Program-made: the position numbers and the translations under genes | Notes under the pieces: model-generated | Databases searched by the model: none | What the model saw: only the letters and a program-made list of their open reading frames with translations | What the model was told of the DNA's origin: nothing | Part shown: one piece after another, positions 1 to 10,586 of the stretch | Numbering within the stretch: the stretch's first letter is position 1 | Layout: the number at the start of each line of letters is the position of its first letter | NCBI GenBank assembly: GCA_947627915.1 | Contig: CANQXT010000001.1 | Coordinates: 2,231 to 66,230 of the forward strand | Origin: an uncultured Bacilli bacterium | Lineage (GTDB): Bacteria > Bacillota_I > Bacilli_A > RF39 > UBA660 | Reading direction: 5' to 3' | Length of the DNA: 64,000 nt

Positions 1-339
1 ATAAGCATCTTTACTTTCAATAACTACTTGTTGTAAAGCTTCCTTATTAGCACCTTTTATATCTCTTGCAAACAAAGTACACCATTTTGGATTTTTACTT
101 TCAATAACTATTTGCTCTAATGCTCCAATATTTGCTCCTTTAACACTTAATCCAAATTCATAACATAACTTTGGATTATTTGAATCTAATACTACTTGTT
201 CATAATCAGTAGCATCAATAATTGTTCCATCTCTTTTAGCTTCTTGTACAAACCAAACATATAAAAAAGCATTTTTGGTACTTAGTATTATTTTTCCTAT
301 TTCATTTATTTCTTCATCTGTTAAATCCATAAAATTCAT
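1..339 (-). CDS. Hypothetical repeat-containing protein, N-terminal 113 codons; C-terminus lies beyond the window start
   Basis: Minus-strand frame is open from a Met at 339 to position 1. A GGTGGTGG-like Shine-Dalgarno lies just upstream of the ATG. The translation MNFMDLTDEE...KGANIGALEQIVIESKNPKWC...KGANKEALQQVVIESKDAY shows an internal repeat of about 27 aa. Not in the ORF track because it is truncated. Confidence 0.4.
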   Translation of the reverse strand, partial: MNFMDLTDEEINEIGKIILSTKNAFLYVWFVQEAKRDGTIIDATDYEQVVLDSNNPKLCYEFGLSVKGANIGALEQIVIESKNPKWCTLFARDIKGANKEALQQVVIESKDAY

Positions 340-396
340 AAATCCACCACCTGTAATTTGTATTATAACATTAATAATTCTTAATGTAAATAAAAT

Positions 397-2583
397 TTAG
401 ATATGCAATGGTTCAATATCAATTTCTAAATTAACCTTATTATCATTTATATATATACTATCTAAATATTTTAAAGCAGGTATTAGCTTTTCATCAAAAC
501 GATATTTAACAACAATTTGAAAATGATAATTATTATTAATTCGAAAAATATTTGCTGTAGTTGGACCTAAAACGATTGTTGATTCATCTACTTCTTTTTT
601 TAAATAATTACCTATTTTTGTAGCGTTTTCTAAAGCTAGGTTATAATCACTTGATATTATTTTTAACCCAACTAAATAATAATATGGAGGATATTTAAGC
701 ATTCTTCTTATATCCATTTCATATTTATAAAAATTATTAAAATCATTATCTTTAACAAAATTTAAAACTTGATTATCAGGATTATAAGTTTGAATTAAGA
801 CATTACTTTTAAGTCCACTTCTTCCTGCTCTACCACTAGCTTGATATAAAAGAGCAAAAGCTCTTTCATTACCTCTAAAATCTGGTACATTTAATGATGT
901 ATCAGCATTAATAATACCTACTAAAGTAACATAGGGAAAATCAAGACCTTTACTTATCATTTGAGTACCAAGTAAGATATTGTATTCTTTATTTTTAAAT
1001 TTTTCAATTATTCTTTCATGTGCTCCTTTTTTAGAAGTAGTGTCTTGATCCATTCGTATTATTTTCGCATCCGGTAATATCTTTTGTAGTTCCATTTCTA
1101 CTTTTTCCGTTCCAAGTCCTAAATAAGTTAAAGCTTCTTCATGACAATTAGGACATGTTTTAGGTTTTATAATGGTATAACCACAATAATGACATCTTAA
1201 GTTATTTGTTGATTTATGATATGTAAGAGTTATATCACAATTAGGACATTTATAGGTATAACCACAATAAGAACAATTAACTGTTGTTGAATAACCCCGT
1301 CTATTTAAAAGTAAAATTACTTGTTCATCTTTTTCTATAACTTCTTTCATTTTATTTACTAACTCATCACTAAAAATAAAGTTACCTTTTTTTACTTCTT
1401 CCATCATATCAATAATTTTAACTGTCGGTAAACTAGAAGTACCAACTCTTTTCGTTAAAAATAGATGTTTATATACGCCCTTAATTGCTCTTGCTCTTGT
1501 TTCTAAAGTTGGTGTAGCACTTCCTAAAACTAACGGAATATTATAATATTTACATCTTTCTTTAGCTATATCAATCGCATTATATCTTGGCATATTATCT
1601 TGTTTAAAGGAATCACTATGTTCTTCATCAATAATAACTATTCCTAAATTATTAAAGGGAGCAAAAATAGCACTTCTTGTACCTACTACTACTGATACTT
1701 CACCTCTAATTATTTTTAAATATTCATCATATTTTTCACCATTTGATAAAGCACTATGTAAAATAGCTACTTTACTTCCAAACCAATCATAAAACCTGCT
1801 TACAATTTGGGCAGTTAAAGTAATTTCGGGTACTAACATAATGGCTTCTTTACCATTTTTTATTACTTCATTAATTAAGTTTAAATATACTTCTGTTTTA
1901 CCGGAACCAGTAATTCCTTCAAGTAAATAAACTTCAAATTGATTAGTATTTTTAATAATATTAAAAGCATTGTTTTGTTCTTCATTAAGTTCGTGTTTAA
2001 TTAAATTATTCTTATTTTCTTTATTAATTCTGTACTCTTGTTCTTTAATAACTTTAATTAAATCTTTTTTGACTAACGCATTAATAACGGCATCACTATA
2101 ATCTCTTTTAAGTAATTTATCTTTTTCTAATAAATCTTTTAATAATAATGTTTGTTTATTTTCTTTTTGATAATTCTTTAAATATTTCTTTATTTCTTCT
2201 TTACTTTTATTTAATATAAGATAACTTTTAAAATATTTATAATTAGTATCATTATCTTTTATTTTTAAAGAAGATGGTAACATTGTTTGATATGCTGAAA
2301 TTAAAGGACATAAAGTTTTTTCTTGTAAATACATTCCTAAATTCATTAGTTCTTCATTTAATAATAATTCTTCATCAACAATATCTATTATTTCTTTAAG
2401 TTCATATTCATTATTATAAGAATTTAAGACATTCATAACAAAACCATTAATTATTTTAGTTCCAAATGGTATTTTTACTTTCATTCCTTTTTTTACTTTA
2501 CCTTGTAAATTACGAGGAATTATATAAGTAAAGTATTTATCTATCTTTTTAGTTGGATATTCAATTAAGATTTCAGCGTACAT
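397..2583 (-). CDS. priA: Primosomal protein N' (replication restart helicase PriA)
   Basis: 728 aa. Walker A GITGSGKTEVY, DEEH box, Cys4 zinc-binding insert (CSYCGYTYKCPNCD...CHYCGY) and PriA C-terminal domain. Confidence 0.9.
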   Translation of the reverse strand: MYAEILIEYPTKKIDKYFTYIIPRNLQGKVKKGMKVKIPFGTKIINGFVMNVLNSYNNEYELKEIIDIVDEELLLNEELMNLGMYLQEKTLCPLISAYQTMLPSSLKIKDNDTNYKYFKSYLILNKSKEEIKKYLKNYQKENKQTLLLKDLLEKDKLLKRDYSDAVINALVKKDLIKVIKEQEYRINKENKNNLIKHELNEEQNNAFNIIKNTNQFEVYLLEGITGSGKTEVYLNLINEVIKNGKEAIMLVPEITLTAQIVSRFYDWFGSKVAILHSALSNGEKYDEYLKIIRGEVSVVVGTRSAIFAPFNNLGIVIIDEEHSDSFKQDNMPRYNAIDIAKERCKYYNIPLVLGSATPTLETRARAIKGVYKHLFLTKRVGTSSLPTVKIIDMMEEVKKGNFIFSDELVNKMKEVIEKDEQVILLLNRRGYSTTVNCSYCGYTYKCPNCDITLTYHKSTNNLRCHYCGYTIIKPKTCPNCHEEALTYLGLGTEKVEMELQKILPDAKIIRMDQDTTSKKGAHERIIEKFKNKEYNILLGTQMISKGLDFPYVTLVGIINADTSLNVPDFRGNERAFALLYQASGRAGRSGLKSNVLIQTYNPDNQVLNFVKDNDFNNFYKYEMDIRRMLKYPPYYYLVGLKIISSDYNLALENATKIGNYLKKEVDESTIVLGPTTANIFRINNNYHFQIVVKYRFDEKLIPALKYLDSIYINDNKVNLEIDIEPLHI

Positions 2584-2612
2584 AAATTCTCCTTGTAATA
2601 AAATTATAATTT

Positions 2613-2652
2613 ATTTTAAAATAAAAAGAAAGATTATTTTATTTCTTTCTTC
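2613..2652 (-). terminator. Putative rho-independent terminator for the 2659..3096 gene
   Basis: Stem aagaaag (2626-2632) pairs with ctttctt (2645-2651). An A-run precedes it on the plus strand, which is a U-run after the hairpin on the minus transcript. Confidence 0.4.
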
Positions 2653-2658
2653 CATATT

Positions 2659-3096
2659 TTATTTATTTAATTTTCTTTCATTTTGTAAATTATTATTTTT
2701 CTCTTTTTCCACACTCATTAATTCATTTAATTTATCAATTAATTCTTCAACTGTGATATCTTTATTTGTTTTTAATATTCCTAATGCTATTGTTTGAATT
2801 TGTTCAAATTTCATTTGACATTGTTCTGGGTCAGTAACATCATATTGGGGTAAAAATTCACTAGCATTAATTATATTTTCGGCATAATGAGTTCCACCAC
2901 AAAAAAGGCAACGACTTACACAATCATCTAAAGAATGACCTAAAGAGTGTCCTAAATATACATTAACATGGTTACATGTCTTTTCAATATTATTAATATC
3001 TTTTATTACTTTAAGTAATGTTTGTAATAAACTATGTTTTTTATTTTTTAATTCATTACTTTTGTTAATTATTTCTATATAATCCATTATATACAT
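2659..3096 (-). CDS. Hypothetical Cys-containing protein
   Basis: 145 aa with a CNH...C..RC..CGG cluster suggesting a small zinc-ribbon-like fold. No recognisable catalytic motifs; peptide deformylase motifs are absent. Confidence 0.4.
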   Translation of the reverse strand: MYIMDYIEIINKSNELKNKKHSLLQTLLKVIKDINNIEKTCNHVNVYLGHSLGHSLDDCVSRCLFCGGTHYAENIINASEFLPQYDVTDPEQCQMKFEQIQTIALGILKTNKDITVEELIDKLNELMSVEKEKNNNLQNERKLNK

Positions 3097-3140
3097 CTCC
3101 TTCTTTCATCCAAATATTATAATTTACTTTTTATAAATAA

Positions 3141-3176
3141 GCAAATCAAAATAAAAGGCAAGACTTAACTTACCTT
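3141..3176 (-). terminator. Putative rho-independent terminator for the 3175..4371 gene
   Basis: Imperfect inverted repeat aaggcaag (3155-3162) / cttacctt (3169-3176), with one G-U pair, followed on the minus strand by a U-rich run. Confidence 0.4.
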
Positions 3177-4371
3177 ATGCAGAACAACTTGGATCATCAT
3201 CTACAGGATGGCAACCATAACCAACCATACCTACTTGACCATCTGCAAAACCTTTTTGCCCATCCATTTCTAATATTACCCATTGATGAGTATAACCATT
3301 TTCATTAGTATGAGTCATATTTTTAAATCCCATATATTCAAGTACTAATAAAAGTGCTCTTGTACAGCCAGCACATGATGCTGAATGAGTAACAAAAACG
3401 CCATAAGCCGTACGATAATCAAAGCCACTTTCAACGTGTTTTGATGGATCATAGTTACTAGCAACTGCTTCGGCCGCAGCTTCTACTTTATCAATATCTT
3501 TTGTATAACCTTTAGCTAATATTTCGCTAGCAATTTGTTTAGCTATAGCACTAGCTTCAGCATCTTTTTGACAAGCATCGGGATCTTCTTTTTTATAGCC
3601 ACGTTTCTTTAAGGTATTTGTAAATGTACAACCAGTTTGAGTACTTGTACTTCCTGAATTACTTCCACTACTATTACCTGTACTAGGATTAGTTGTACTT
3701 TTAGCTTTGACGGTAACTTTATAAGTTGCTTCAGTTCTATTACCATTATGATCGGTAGCATAAACTAAAACTGTATAAGTACCAGCTTTACTAGTATTAA
3801 CGGTACTATCTGTTTTAACTTCAATATTACCTTCAAATTCATCAGTAGCACTAATACCACTAAGTAAATCTATTTTATCCCCAACTGTAATTGTTTTATT
3901 TTTAATTCCCGTTATAATAGGTTTAATGGTATCAACAATATTTAATGTAATTTCTTTTTGATCATTAATAGTTTTAATTATAACTTTTAAATTGCCAACT
4001 GTATCAAAAAGATATTCTTGATCACTTAATAATTCCTTATCATTAATTATAATTTTATATTCTAATTCGATATCTAAAGGTGTAATATTTACTAAATTAT
4101 CGATAAAATCTTTATAAGTCCATTTCGATAAATATTCAATATCACTATTAAATAATTTTAAAACAATTTCTTTTTTAGATATTTCTGGATTTTGAACTTC
4201 TACTTCATTATTTGCATCTTTAGTTACTTTATTATCTAAATTTTTATATTTGACAAATTTATAAGTAGTAAAAGAAATACACCCAATTAAAATAATAACA
4301 CTTATAATAACTATACTAAGATATTTTCCTTTTAATATAACATCTTTTTCTTTATTATTTATATTTTTCAA
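3175..4371 (-). CDS. Membrane-anchored surface protein with Ig-like (DUF5011-like) domain, Ser/Gly/Thr-rich linker and Cys-rich C-terminal domain
   Basis: 398 aa with an N-terminal TM anchor, a central beta-rich ATDxxGN...YKVTVKAK segment and a GNSSGSNSGSTST linker. The C-terminal domain has 7 Cys (CAGCTRALL...GCHPVDDDPSCSA). Confidence 0.5.
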   Translation of the reverse strand: MKNINNKEKDVILKGKYLSIVIISVIILIGCISFTTYKFVKYKNLDNKVTKDANNEVEVQNPEISKKEIVLKLFNSDIEYLSKWTYKDFIDNLVNITPLDIELEYKIIINDKELLSDQEYLFDTVGNLKVIIKTINDQKEITLNIVDTIKPIITGIKNKTITVGDKIDLLSGISATDEFEGNIEVKTDSTVNTSKAGTYTVLVYATDHNGNRTEATYKVTVKAKSTTNPSTGNSSGSNSGSTSTQTGCTFTNTLKKRGYKKEDPDACQKDAEASAIAKQIASEILAKGYTKDIDKVEAAAEAVASNYDPSKHVESGFDYRTAYGVFVTHSASCAGCTRALLLVLEYMGFKNMTHTNENGYTHQWVILEMDGQKGFADGQVGMVGYGCHPVDDDPSCSA

Positions 4372-4449
4372 TTTAACTCACCTTATATTTTTATTTTACC
4401 CTTATAAAATAAATAATACAATAAGTTATAATTAAAAAATTGACAATAT

Positions 4450-5115
4450 TTAACTTTCAAATATTTCTTTTAAAAATATTCTTTTTCTTATAATCCCTTT
4501 ATTTAATTCTTCAAGACGCATCTTAGATAATTCTTGTTGCATAAATAAAGGTAATATATTTATAGGTAGATATATATTTTTAAATATATTATCTAAATTA
4601 TCTCTTAATATCTTTACTTCTTTCTTATTCTTTTTATTATAAAAATGATAATTATCATATAAATAATTATATTCTATTTCATAATTCTTTGTTTTTATTT
4701 GCATATTATAGTAATTAATATAAATATTATAATTATTAATTGTTATATTTAATTCATATTTAGCAAAATCATCATATTTACTATATTCATCAATTATATT
4801 TAATAAGTATTCTTTTAAATATGCATAAACAAAACTTAAAAAAGTTCCATTAATACTTGGTTTATTTCGAAGTTCATTATTTTTATCTTTATAAAATAAA
4901 ATATTATCTCCCATAACAGTACCCATTGAATGGGGATCTATAACAGATAATTCTTTTTTATTATGATCAAAATCCATTATAACAATACTATCTTCATTAT
5001 ACATTTTTTCTAACTCATAATTAGCTTTATCACTAATAAGATAATAATTATAATAATATTCTCTAAATAATGTTGCTATATTATATAAAGATATTTCATT
5101 TACATTAGTATTCAT
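4450..5115 (-). CDS. Hypothetical cytoplasmic protein (Tyr/Asn-rich)
   Basis: 221-aa ORF. No TM segment and no recognised motifs. Confidence 0.4.
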   Translation of the reverse strand: MNTNVNEISLYNIATLFREYYYNYYLISDKANYELEKMYNEDSIVIMDFDHNKKELSVIDPHSMGTVMGDNILFYKDKNNELRNKPSINGTFLSFVYAYLKEYLLNIIDEYSKYDDFAKYELNITINNYNIYINYYNMQIKTKNYEIEYNYLYDNYHFYNKKNKKEVKILRDNLDNIFKNIYLPINILPLFMQQELSKMRLEELNKGIIRKRIFLKEIFES

Positions 5116-5178
5116 AATATCATCCCTTTTTTCTTGATATTATATATAAATACTTTTCAAAATGCAATAAAAAAGAAG

Positions 5179-5400
5179 TTAATCTTCTTTAACTTCAAAA
5201 TCTTTAAGTTCCCCATCACTAGATAAAATTTTATTTACTTTTTCAGTAGCGTTGTTTATTTTATCAGTACAATTTTTAGCAATTTCCATTGCTTCCGTAT
5301 ATTTTTTAATCGCGTCTTCTAAAGGAACATTACCACTTTCAAGTTCTTTGACTAATCCTTCTAAATCTTTTAAATTTTCTTCAAATGTTTTTTCTTCCAT
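5179..5400 (-). CDS. xseB: Exodeoxyribonuclease VII small subunit
   Basis: 73 aa: FEENLKDLEGLVKELESGNVPLEDAIKKYTEAMEIAKNC is the typical XseB helical hairpin. Confidence 0.85.
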   Translation of the reverse strand: MEEKTFEENLKDLEGLVKELESGNVPLEDAIKKYTEAMEIAKNCTDKINNATEKVNKILSSDGELKDFEVKED

Positions 5401-6055
5401 AATTTTTATCCTTTCTTCTTTCTAATTTTATACCCTTTGTATTATTTGTTTCATTTAAAATATTATTTATTTTTTCTTCTGCTTGCATTTCTTTAAAAAA
5501 TTTATTATTTGTTTTCAAAAATTCTTCATCGACACTAATTTGATCTTTAAGCATTTCAATTTCATTAGCTAAATCTTCAATTTGGGTAAAAATATCATTC
5601 TTTGTAATTTGTAATTTATGCAATTTAGATTCAGTTATATCTATAAGACTATCGACATCTTCTTCTTTCCAAGTTTTACTTATAGCAATATCTTTATATG
5701 GTAAATCGATTAAAGTTAAACCAAAAAGTAAAACAACATATATTAAGAGTATTAACCAGTCTATCACTACTGCAAAATCAAAGCCAAAAAGACATATATT
5801 TAATATTATTGTAAGTATAATATAAATCCAAGTCATTTTTTTATTAACGCCATCCATCAATGTTGGATAATTTTGTAAACTTTCTTTAATTTCATTTAAT
5901 TCTTGAATCTTATTTTGATAATTCATTTCTTCTTTATTTAAATTACTTTCTTGTTTTTCTAATTTTTCTAACTTTTTATTCATTTCAGTTAAAATTTTAT
6001 TATTCCCTATTAATCTTTCATATATTAATTTTAACTTTTCATAATCAATATTCAT
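5381..6055 (-). CDS. Hypothetical membrane protein with N-terminal coiled-coil, inserted between xseA and xseB
   Basis: 224 aa. Heptad-rich N-terminus, two hydrophobic TM helices (WIYIILTIILNICLFGF... and WLILLIYVVLLFGLTLI) and a coiled-coil C-terminus. Overlaps the xseB start by 20 nt. Confidence 0.5.
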   Translation of the reverse strand: MNIDYEKLKLIYERLIGNNKILTEMNKKLEKLEKQESNLNKEEMNYQNKIQELNEIKESLQNYPTLMDGVNKKMTWIYIILTIILNICLFGFDFAVVIDWLILLIYVVLLFGLTLIDLPYKDIAISKTWKEEDVDSLIDITESKLHKLQITKNDIFTQIEDLANEIEMLKDQISVDEEFLKTNNKFFKEMQAEEKINNILNETNNTKGIKLERRKDKNYGRKNI

Positions 6056-6087
6056 TATAAAACACCCTTTCTTTATAATTTAATATT

Positions 6088-7458
6088 TTAATTCTTTTTA
6101 TCTTTATCCTCATACAACTCTTTAACTTGAGCTTTGATATTTCCTTTCGAAAGTTTAATATCTATTATAGCATTTATTTTAACATCAGCAATACTTTTTA
6201 CTACTTTATCATTAACTCTAACCAAAGAATAACCATTACTTAAAATATTTAAAGGATTAACTAGTTTTAATGTATTAATTAAATAATCTAAATTATTTCT
6301 TTCTTTGTCTAATTTTTTTTCTATAATAACATTTAATTTTGTTTTTAATTCTTTTAAATTATTTAAATTATTTTGAATTAAATTATAAGGACTAACTATT
6401 TTTATTTTATTTAAATATAACTCTAATAAATGTTTTTTATTATCTAAATAAACATTCATATTCTTATTTAAATCATCTGTAAATTTATCTAATTTTTGCA
6501 TTTTTATTTCATATAAACTCATTGGATTTTTTAAAATATAAGCATTTTTCAAATTATATAAAGCAATGAATTTTGTATTAACTAAATTTTTAATACATTT
6601 ATTAAGCCTTATTTTATATTGATTTAACATATTATTAATATCTAAAATAGTTGGCACAGCCATTTCTGCAGCCCCAGTTGGTGTTGGAGCACGTAAATCC
6701 GCTACAAAGTCAGCAATCGTAAAATCAGGTTCATGTCCTACAGCACTTATAATTGGGGTTTTAGCATTATATATAGCTCTAGCAACTATTTCTTCATTAA
6801 AGGCCCATAAATCTTCAATAGATCCTCCACCACGGCCGACAATTAAAGTATCACAACCAAAATTATCAGCGACTTCTATTTGTTTAACAATATTGGGAGC
6901 AGCCTCTCCTCCTTGCACAAGAGTTGGAAATAAAATCGCTTCACATAAAGGATATCTTCTTTTGATAGTACTCATTATATCTCTTACAGCAGCCCCAGTT
7001 GAGGCAGTAATTATACCTATTCTATTAGGAAATTTAGGAATAGGTTTTTTATGTTCTTTATTAAATAAACCTTCTTTAAATAATTTTTCTTTTAATTTTT
7101 CATATTCGATATAGAGATTTCCTAAACCATCTAAGTCCATACTAGTGACATATATTTGATAACTACCACTTGCCGGATAAGCAGAAACTTTACCAGAAAC
7201 TAAAACATTCATCCCATCTTCAGGAATAAATTTAAGAGTACGGGCACTACTTTGAAACATAACAGCATTAAGTCTTGATTCTTCATCTTTTAAAGTAAAA
7301 TATAAATGACCACTGGTATGTTTTTTAAAATTAGATATTTCTCCTTTTATATATACTCTATTTAAAAAACTAGTATTATCTAAGATACTTTTTATATAAT
7401 TATTTAATTCACTTATTTTTAAATATTTCTTTTCATCCATCATAATATCCTCATACAA
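6088..7458 (-). CDS. xseA: Exodeoxyribonuclease VII large subunit
   Basis: 456 aa. N-terminal OB fold (LSELNNYIKSIL...VYIKGEISNFKKHTSGHLYFTLKDE), catalytic core (GRGGGSIEDLWAFNEE) and long coiled-coil C-terminus. Confidence 0.9.
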   Translation of the reverse strand: MYEDIMMDEKKYLKISELNNYIKSILDNTSFLNRVYIKGEISNFKKHTSGHLYFTLKDEESRLNAVMFQSSARTLKFIPEDGMNVLVSGKVSAYPASGSYQIYVTSMDLDGLGNLYIEYEKLKEKLFKEGLFNKEHKKPIPKFPNRIGIITASTGAAVRDIMSTIKRRYPLCEAILFPTLVQGGEAAPNIVKQIEVADNFGCDTLIVGRGGGSIEDLWAFNEEIVARAIYNAKTPIISAVGHEPDFTIADFVADLRAPTPTGAAEMAVPTILDINNMLNQYKIRLNKCIKNLVNTKFIALYNLKNAYILKNPMSLYEIKMQKLDKFTDDLNKNMNVYLDNKKHLLELYLNKIKIVSPYNLIQNNLNNLKELKTKLNVIIEKKLDKERNNLDYLINTLKLVNPLNILSNGYSLVRVNDKVVKSIADVKINAIIDIKLSKGNIKAQVKELYEDKDKKN

Positions 7459-7529
7459 CTATGTATAGTTATTATATCACGGATCATTTGTTTTTTTAAT
7501 CTATAAATTAAAAAAAATAGTATTATCTA

Positions 7530-7925
7530 CTATTCCTTTATAACTTTATCTAAAACAGCATTAATAATTTTTCTGACTTCATCATCACAATACTTTTTAG
7601 CAAGTTCTACTGCTTCATTAATAACGACAATTTCTGGTGTATCAGTATATTTTATTTCATATATTCCCATTCTTAGAAGTGAAGATCCTACTGCTTCTAA
7701 TCTATCAATTGTCCAATTAACCATATATTTATTTGCTATTTTATCTATATCTTCTTGATGAGTAATTACACCATATACAATATCTTTAACAAATTCATTA
7801 TCAATATCAATATTATCTTTAATTAATTCATCTATATTACTATTTTTTAATAAAAAATATTGATATAAAATAGTCATACATTTTTCTCTTAATTCACTTC
7901 TTGTTTTTGTCATCCTTTTCACCAC
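7530..7925 (-). CDS. nusB: Transcription antitermination factor NusB
   Basis: 131 aa: REKCMTILYQ...DRLEAVGSSLLRMGIYE is the NusB signature. Confidence 0.85.
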   Translation of the reverse strand: MVKRMTKTRSELREKCMTILYQYFLLKNSNIDELIKDNIDIDNEFVKDIVYGVITHQEDIDKIANKYMVNWTIDRLEAVGSSLLRMGIYEIKYTDTPEIVVINEAVELAKKYCDDEVRKIINAVLDKVIKE

Positions 7926-7986
7926 TCGTTTAATTATAACACTACTTATTTTAAAATACTAGCAAAAAATTAATTTTTAATATTTA

Positions 7987-10527
7987 TTATTTAGCATTCT
8001 TCTTTAATTCATATAAGAAATTTAAAGCTTCAATTGGAGTCATATTTAATGGATCAATATTTTCTAATTTTTTCTTTAAATCATCACTTTCTTTTTTGGG
8101 TTCAGAAAAATCAAAACTTAATTGAACTTTTTCTTCTTTAAAATTATTCTTTTTACTATTATTTTCATATTGAGCTAGTATTTCATCAGCTCTTTTTAAC
8201 AAATCTTCAGGCATTTGTGCAAGTCTTGCAACGTGAATACCATAACTCTTATCAATTGCGCCATTTTTAACTTTATGTAAAAAAGTAATTTTACCTTCAT
8301 TTTCAATTGCGGAAACATGGACATTTTTTATTGTCTTATATTTCTTATCTAAACTAGTAAGTTCATGATAATGGGTTGAAAATAAAGTTAATGCGTGAAT
8401 ATTATTACTTATATATTCAAGTATTGCTTGAGCTAAACTCATTCCATCATAGGTTGCTGTTCCTCTTCCAAGTTCATCAAAAATAATTAAACTATTTTCC
8501 GTCGCATTTACTAAAGCATTACGTGCTTCTTTCATTTCCACCATAAAAGTTGATTCACCAGAAACTAAATCATCACTAGCACCAATTCTTGTAAATATTT
8601 TATCTATAATTGGTAATTTAGCTTTTTTAGCTGGTACAAAAGAACCCATTTGAGCCATTAATATAATAATTGCTACTTCCCTCATATACGTTGATTTACC
8701 ACTCATGTTTGGTCCTGTTATTAAAAGAGTACTACTATCTTTATTCATTATACAATCATTAGGTACATAACTATCTTTGGATACTATTTCAACTACCGGA
8801 TGTCTTCCATCAATAATTTCTAATTCCTTATTATTATTTAAAATTGGTCTTACTAAATTTAATTCTTCACTACAAATGGAAAGGGATAAAATAGCATCAA
8901 CACTACTAATACTATCTGCTGTTTTCTTTATCTTTAAAACTTCTTTTTTAATGATATTCTTGATTTCAATAAATAAATTATATTCTAAATCAATTATTCT
9001 TTCTTCCGCATTAAGTATTAAATCTTCTTTTTCTTTCAATTCTGGAGAAATAAATCTTTCATAATTAGCTAAAGTTTGTCTTCTTTCCCAACCAAACTTT
9101 TCTGTTACTTCCTTGCTTTGACCTTTAGATACTTCAATATAATAACCAAAAACTTTATTATATCCTACTCTTAAATTTTTAATACCTGTTTCTTCTTTAA
9201 TTTTATTTTCAAAAGATACTAAATAATCTTTACCACCACTTCTAATACTTTTAAGTTCATCTAATTCTTTATTATATCCTTCTTTAATTAAATAACCTTC
9301 TTTAATACTAATTGGAGGATTTTCATATAAAGCACTCTCAAGTAACATATATATTTCTTTGTGTGTATCAATATTATCATCAAAATTTAATGTATTTAAT
9401 ATTTCTTTAATTCTTGGTAATACTTTTAAACTATTTTTAAGTTGTAATAAATCTCGGCCATTAACATTACCACAAGTAACTTTACCACATAATCTTTCTA
9501 AATCATATATTTCATATAATAATTCTTTTAATTCATCTTTTAAGATAAAATTATTATTTAATATTTCAATCTTATCATATCTTTTATTAAGTTCATTTAT
9601 ATCTTTTAATGGATGCATTAAATAACTTTTTAATTTACGACTACCCATCGCAGTTTTACATTTATCTAAAAGCCATATTAAACTATAAGTTCTTTCTTTT
9701 AATCTAATTGTTTCAAATAATTCTAAATTTCTTTCTGTATGAACATCCATCTCTAAATAATCTAATTTTTCAATTACTTTACATTCATTAAAATGACTAA
9801 TATCTTTTAATTCTTTAACTACTAAATAATAAAATAAATGATTTACTCCTGCTTTACTTCGAACATCTTTTAGATTATCTAAGAATTCTATTTCATCTTT
9901 ATAATATTCTTTAGAGAAAACTACATCAATACCATATTTATCTCTTAAAATATTAATTAAATTAAGATCACTATTATCAATTAATACTACTTCTTTAATT
10001 CCTAAACTTAATACTTCATTAATTAATTTATCAATATTTTTAGATATAGTTAAACTATTTAATTCCCCAGTAGAAATATCAGCATATGTAATTATATATA
10101 TATCACTAAAATCTAAGATACTTGCTATATAAGAATTATTTCTTTCATCAAGTAATTCAAAATCAGTAATAGTACCCTTACTAATAACATCAACTACTCC
10201 TCTTTTAACAGTATCTTTAGTAGTTTTAGGATCTTCTAATTGTTCACAAATAGCAACCCGATAACCTTTATTAACTATTTTTTCTAAATAAGTTTTAACA
10301 GCGTGATAAGGTACACCACACATAGGTACTTTTTCTTCTAAACCTGCAGCTTTACCGGTTAAAGTTAATTCAAGTTCTCTAGAAGCAATTAAAGCATCTT
10401 CAAAAAAAAGTTCATAAAAATCCCCTAAGCGAAAAAATAAAAGTTCTTCTTGATAATTATCTTTTATTTCCATATATTGTCGCATCATTGGACTTAATTT
10501 TGTTCTATCTACTTCATTTCTTTTCAT
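7987..10527 (-). CDS. mutS: DNA mismatch repair protein MutS
   Basis: 846 aa. Mismatch-recognition domain I with GDFYELF, ABC ATPase domain GPNMSGKSTYMRQ and DELGRGTATYDG. No mutL adjacent. Confidence 0.9.
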   Translation of the reverse strand: MKRNEVDRTKLSPMMRQYMEIKDNYQEELLFFRLGDFYELFFEDALIASRELELTLTGKAAGLEEKVPMCGVPYHAVKTYLEKIVNKGYRVAICEQLEDPKTTKDTVKRGVVDVISKGTITDFELLDERNNSYIASILDFSDIYIITYADISTGELNSLTISKNIDKLINEVLSLGIKEVVLIDNSDLNLINILRDKYGIDVVFSKEYYKDEIEFLDNLKDVRSKAGVNHLFYYLVVKELKDISHFNECKVIEKLDYLEMDVHTERNLELFETIRLKERTYSLIWLLDKCKTAMGSRKLKSYLMHPLKDINELNKRYDKIEILNNNFILKDELKELLYEIYDLERLCGKVTCGNVNGRDLLQLKNSLKVLPRIKEILNTLNFDDNIDTHKEIYMLLESALYENPPISIKEGYLIKEGYNKELDELKSIRSGGKDYLVSFENKIKEETGIKNLRVGYNKVFGYYIEVSKGQSKEVTEKFGWERRQTLANYERFISPELKEKEDLILNAEERIIDLEYNLFIEIKNIIKKEVLKIKKTADSISSVDAILSLSICSEELNLVRPILNNNKELEIIDGRHPVVEIVSKDSYVPNDCIMNKDSSTLLITGPNMSGKSTYMREVAIIILMAQMGSFVPAKKAKLPIIDKIFTRIGASDDLVSGESTFMVEMKEARNALVNATENSLIIFDELGRGTATYDGMSLAQAILEYISNNIHALTLFSTHYHELTSLDKKYKTIKNVHVSAIENEGKITFLHKVKNGAIDKSYGIHVARLAQMPEDLLKRADEILAQYENNSKKNNFKEEKVQLSFDFSEPKKESDDLKKKLENIDPLNMTPIEALNFLYELKKNAK

Positions 10528-10586
10528 AACTTTTATTATACTCTTATTATTTTTTATTTACAATTAAAAAGTAACAATTTTATTTG

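Noticed and set aside
2659-3096. Peptide deformylase (it contains an HSLGHSL stretch)
   Set aside because: It lacks the GxGxAAxQ, EGCLS and HExxH motifs.
6893-7114. 73-aa plus-strand ORF inside xseA
   Set aside because: Antisense to a well-supported gene. No RBS, low-complexity translation.
8777-9625. Two plus-strand ORFs (95 and 88 aa) inside mutS
   Set aside because: Antisense shadow ORFs within a conserved CDS.
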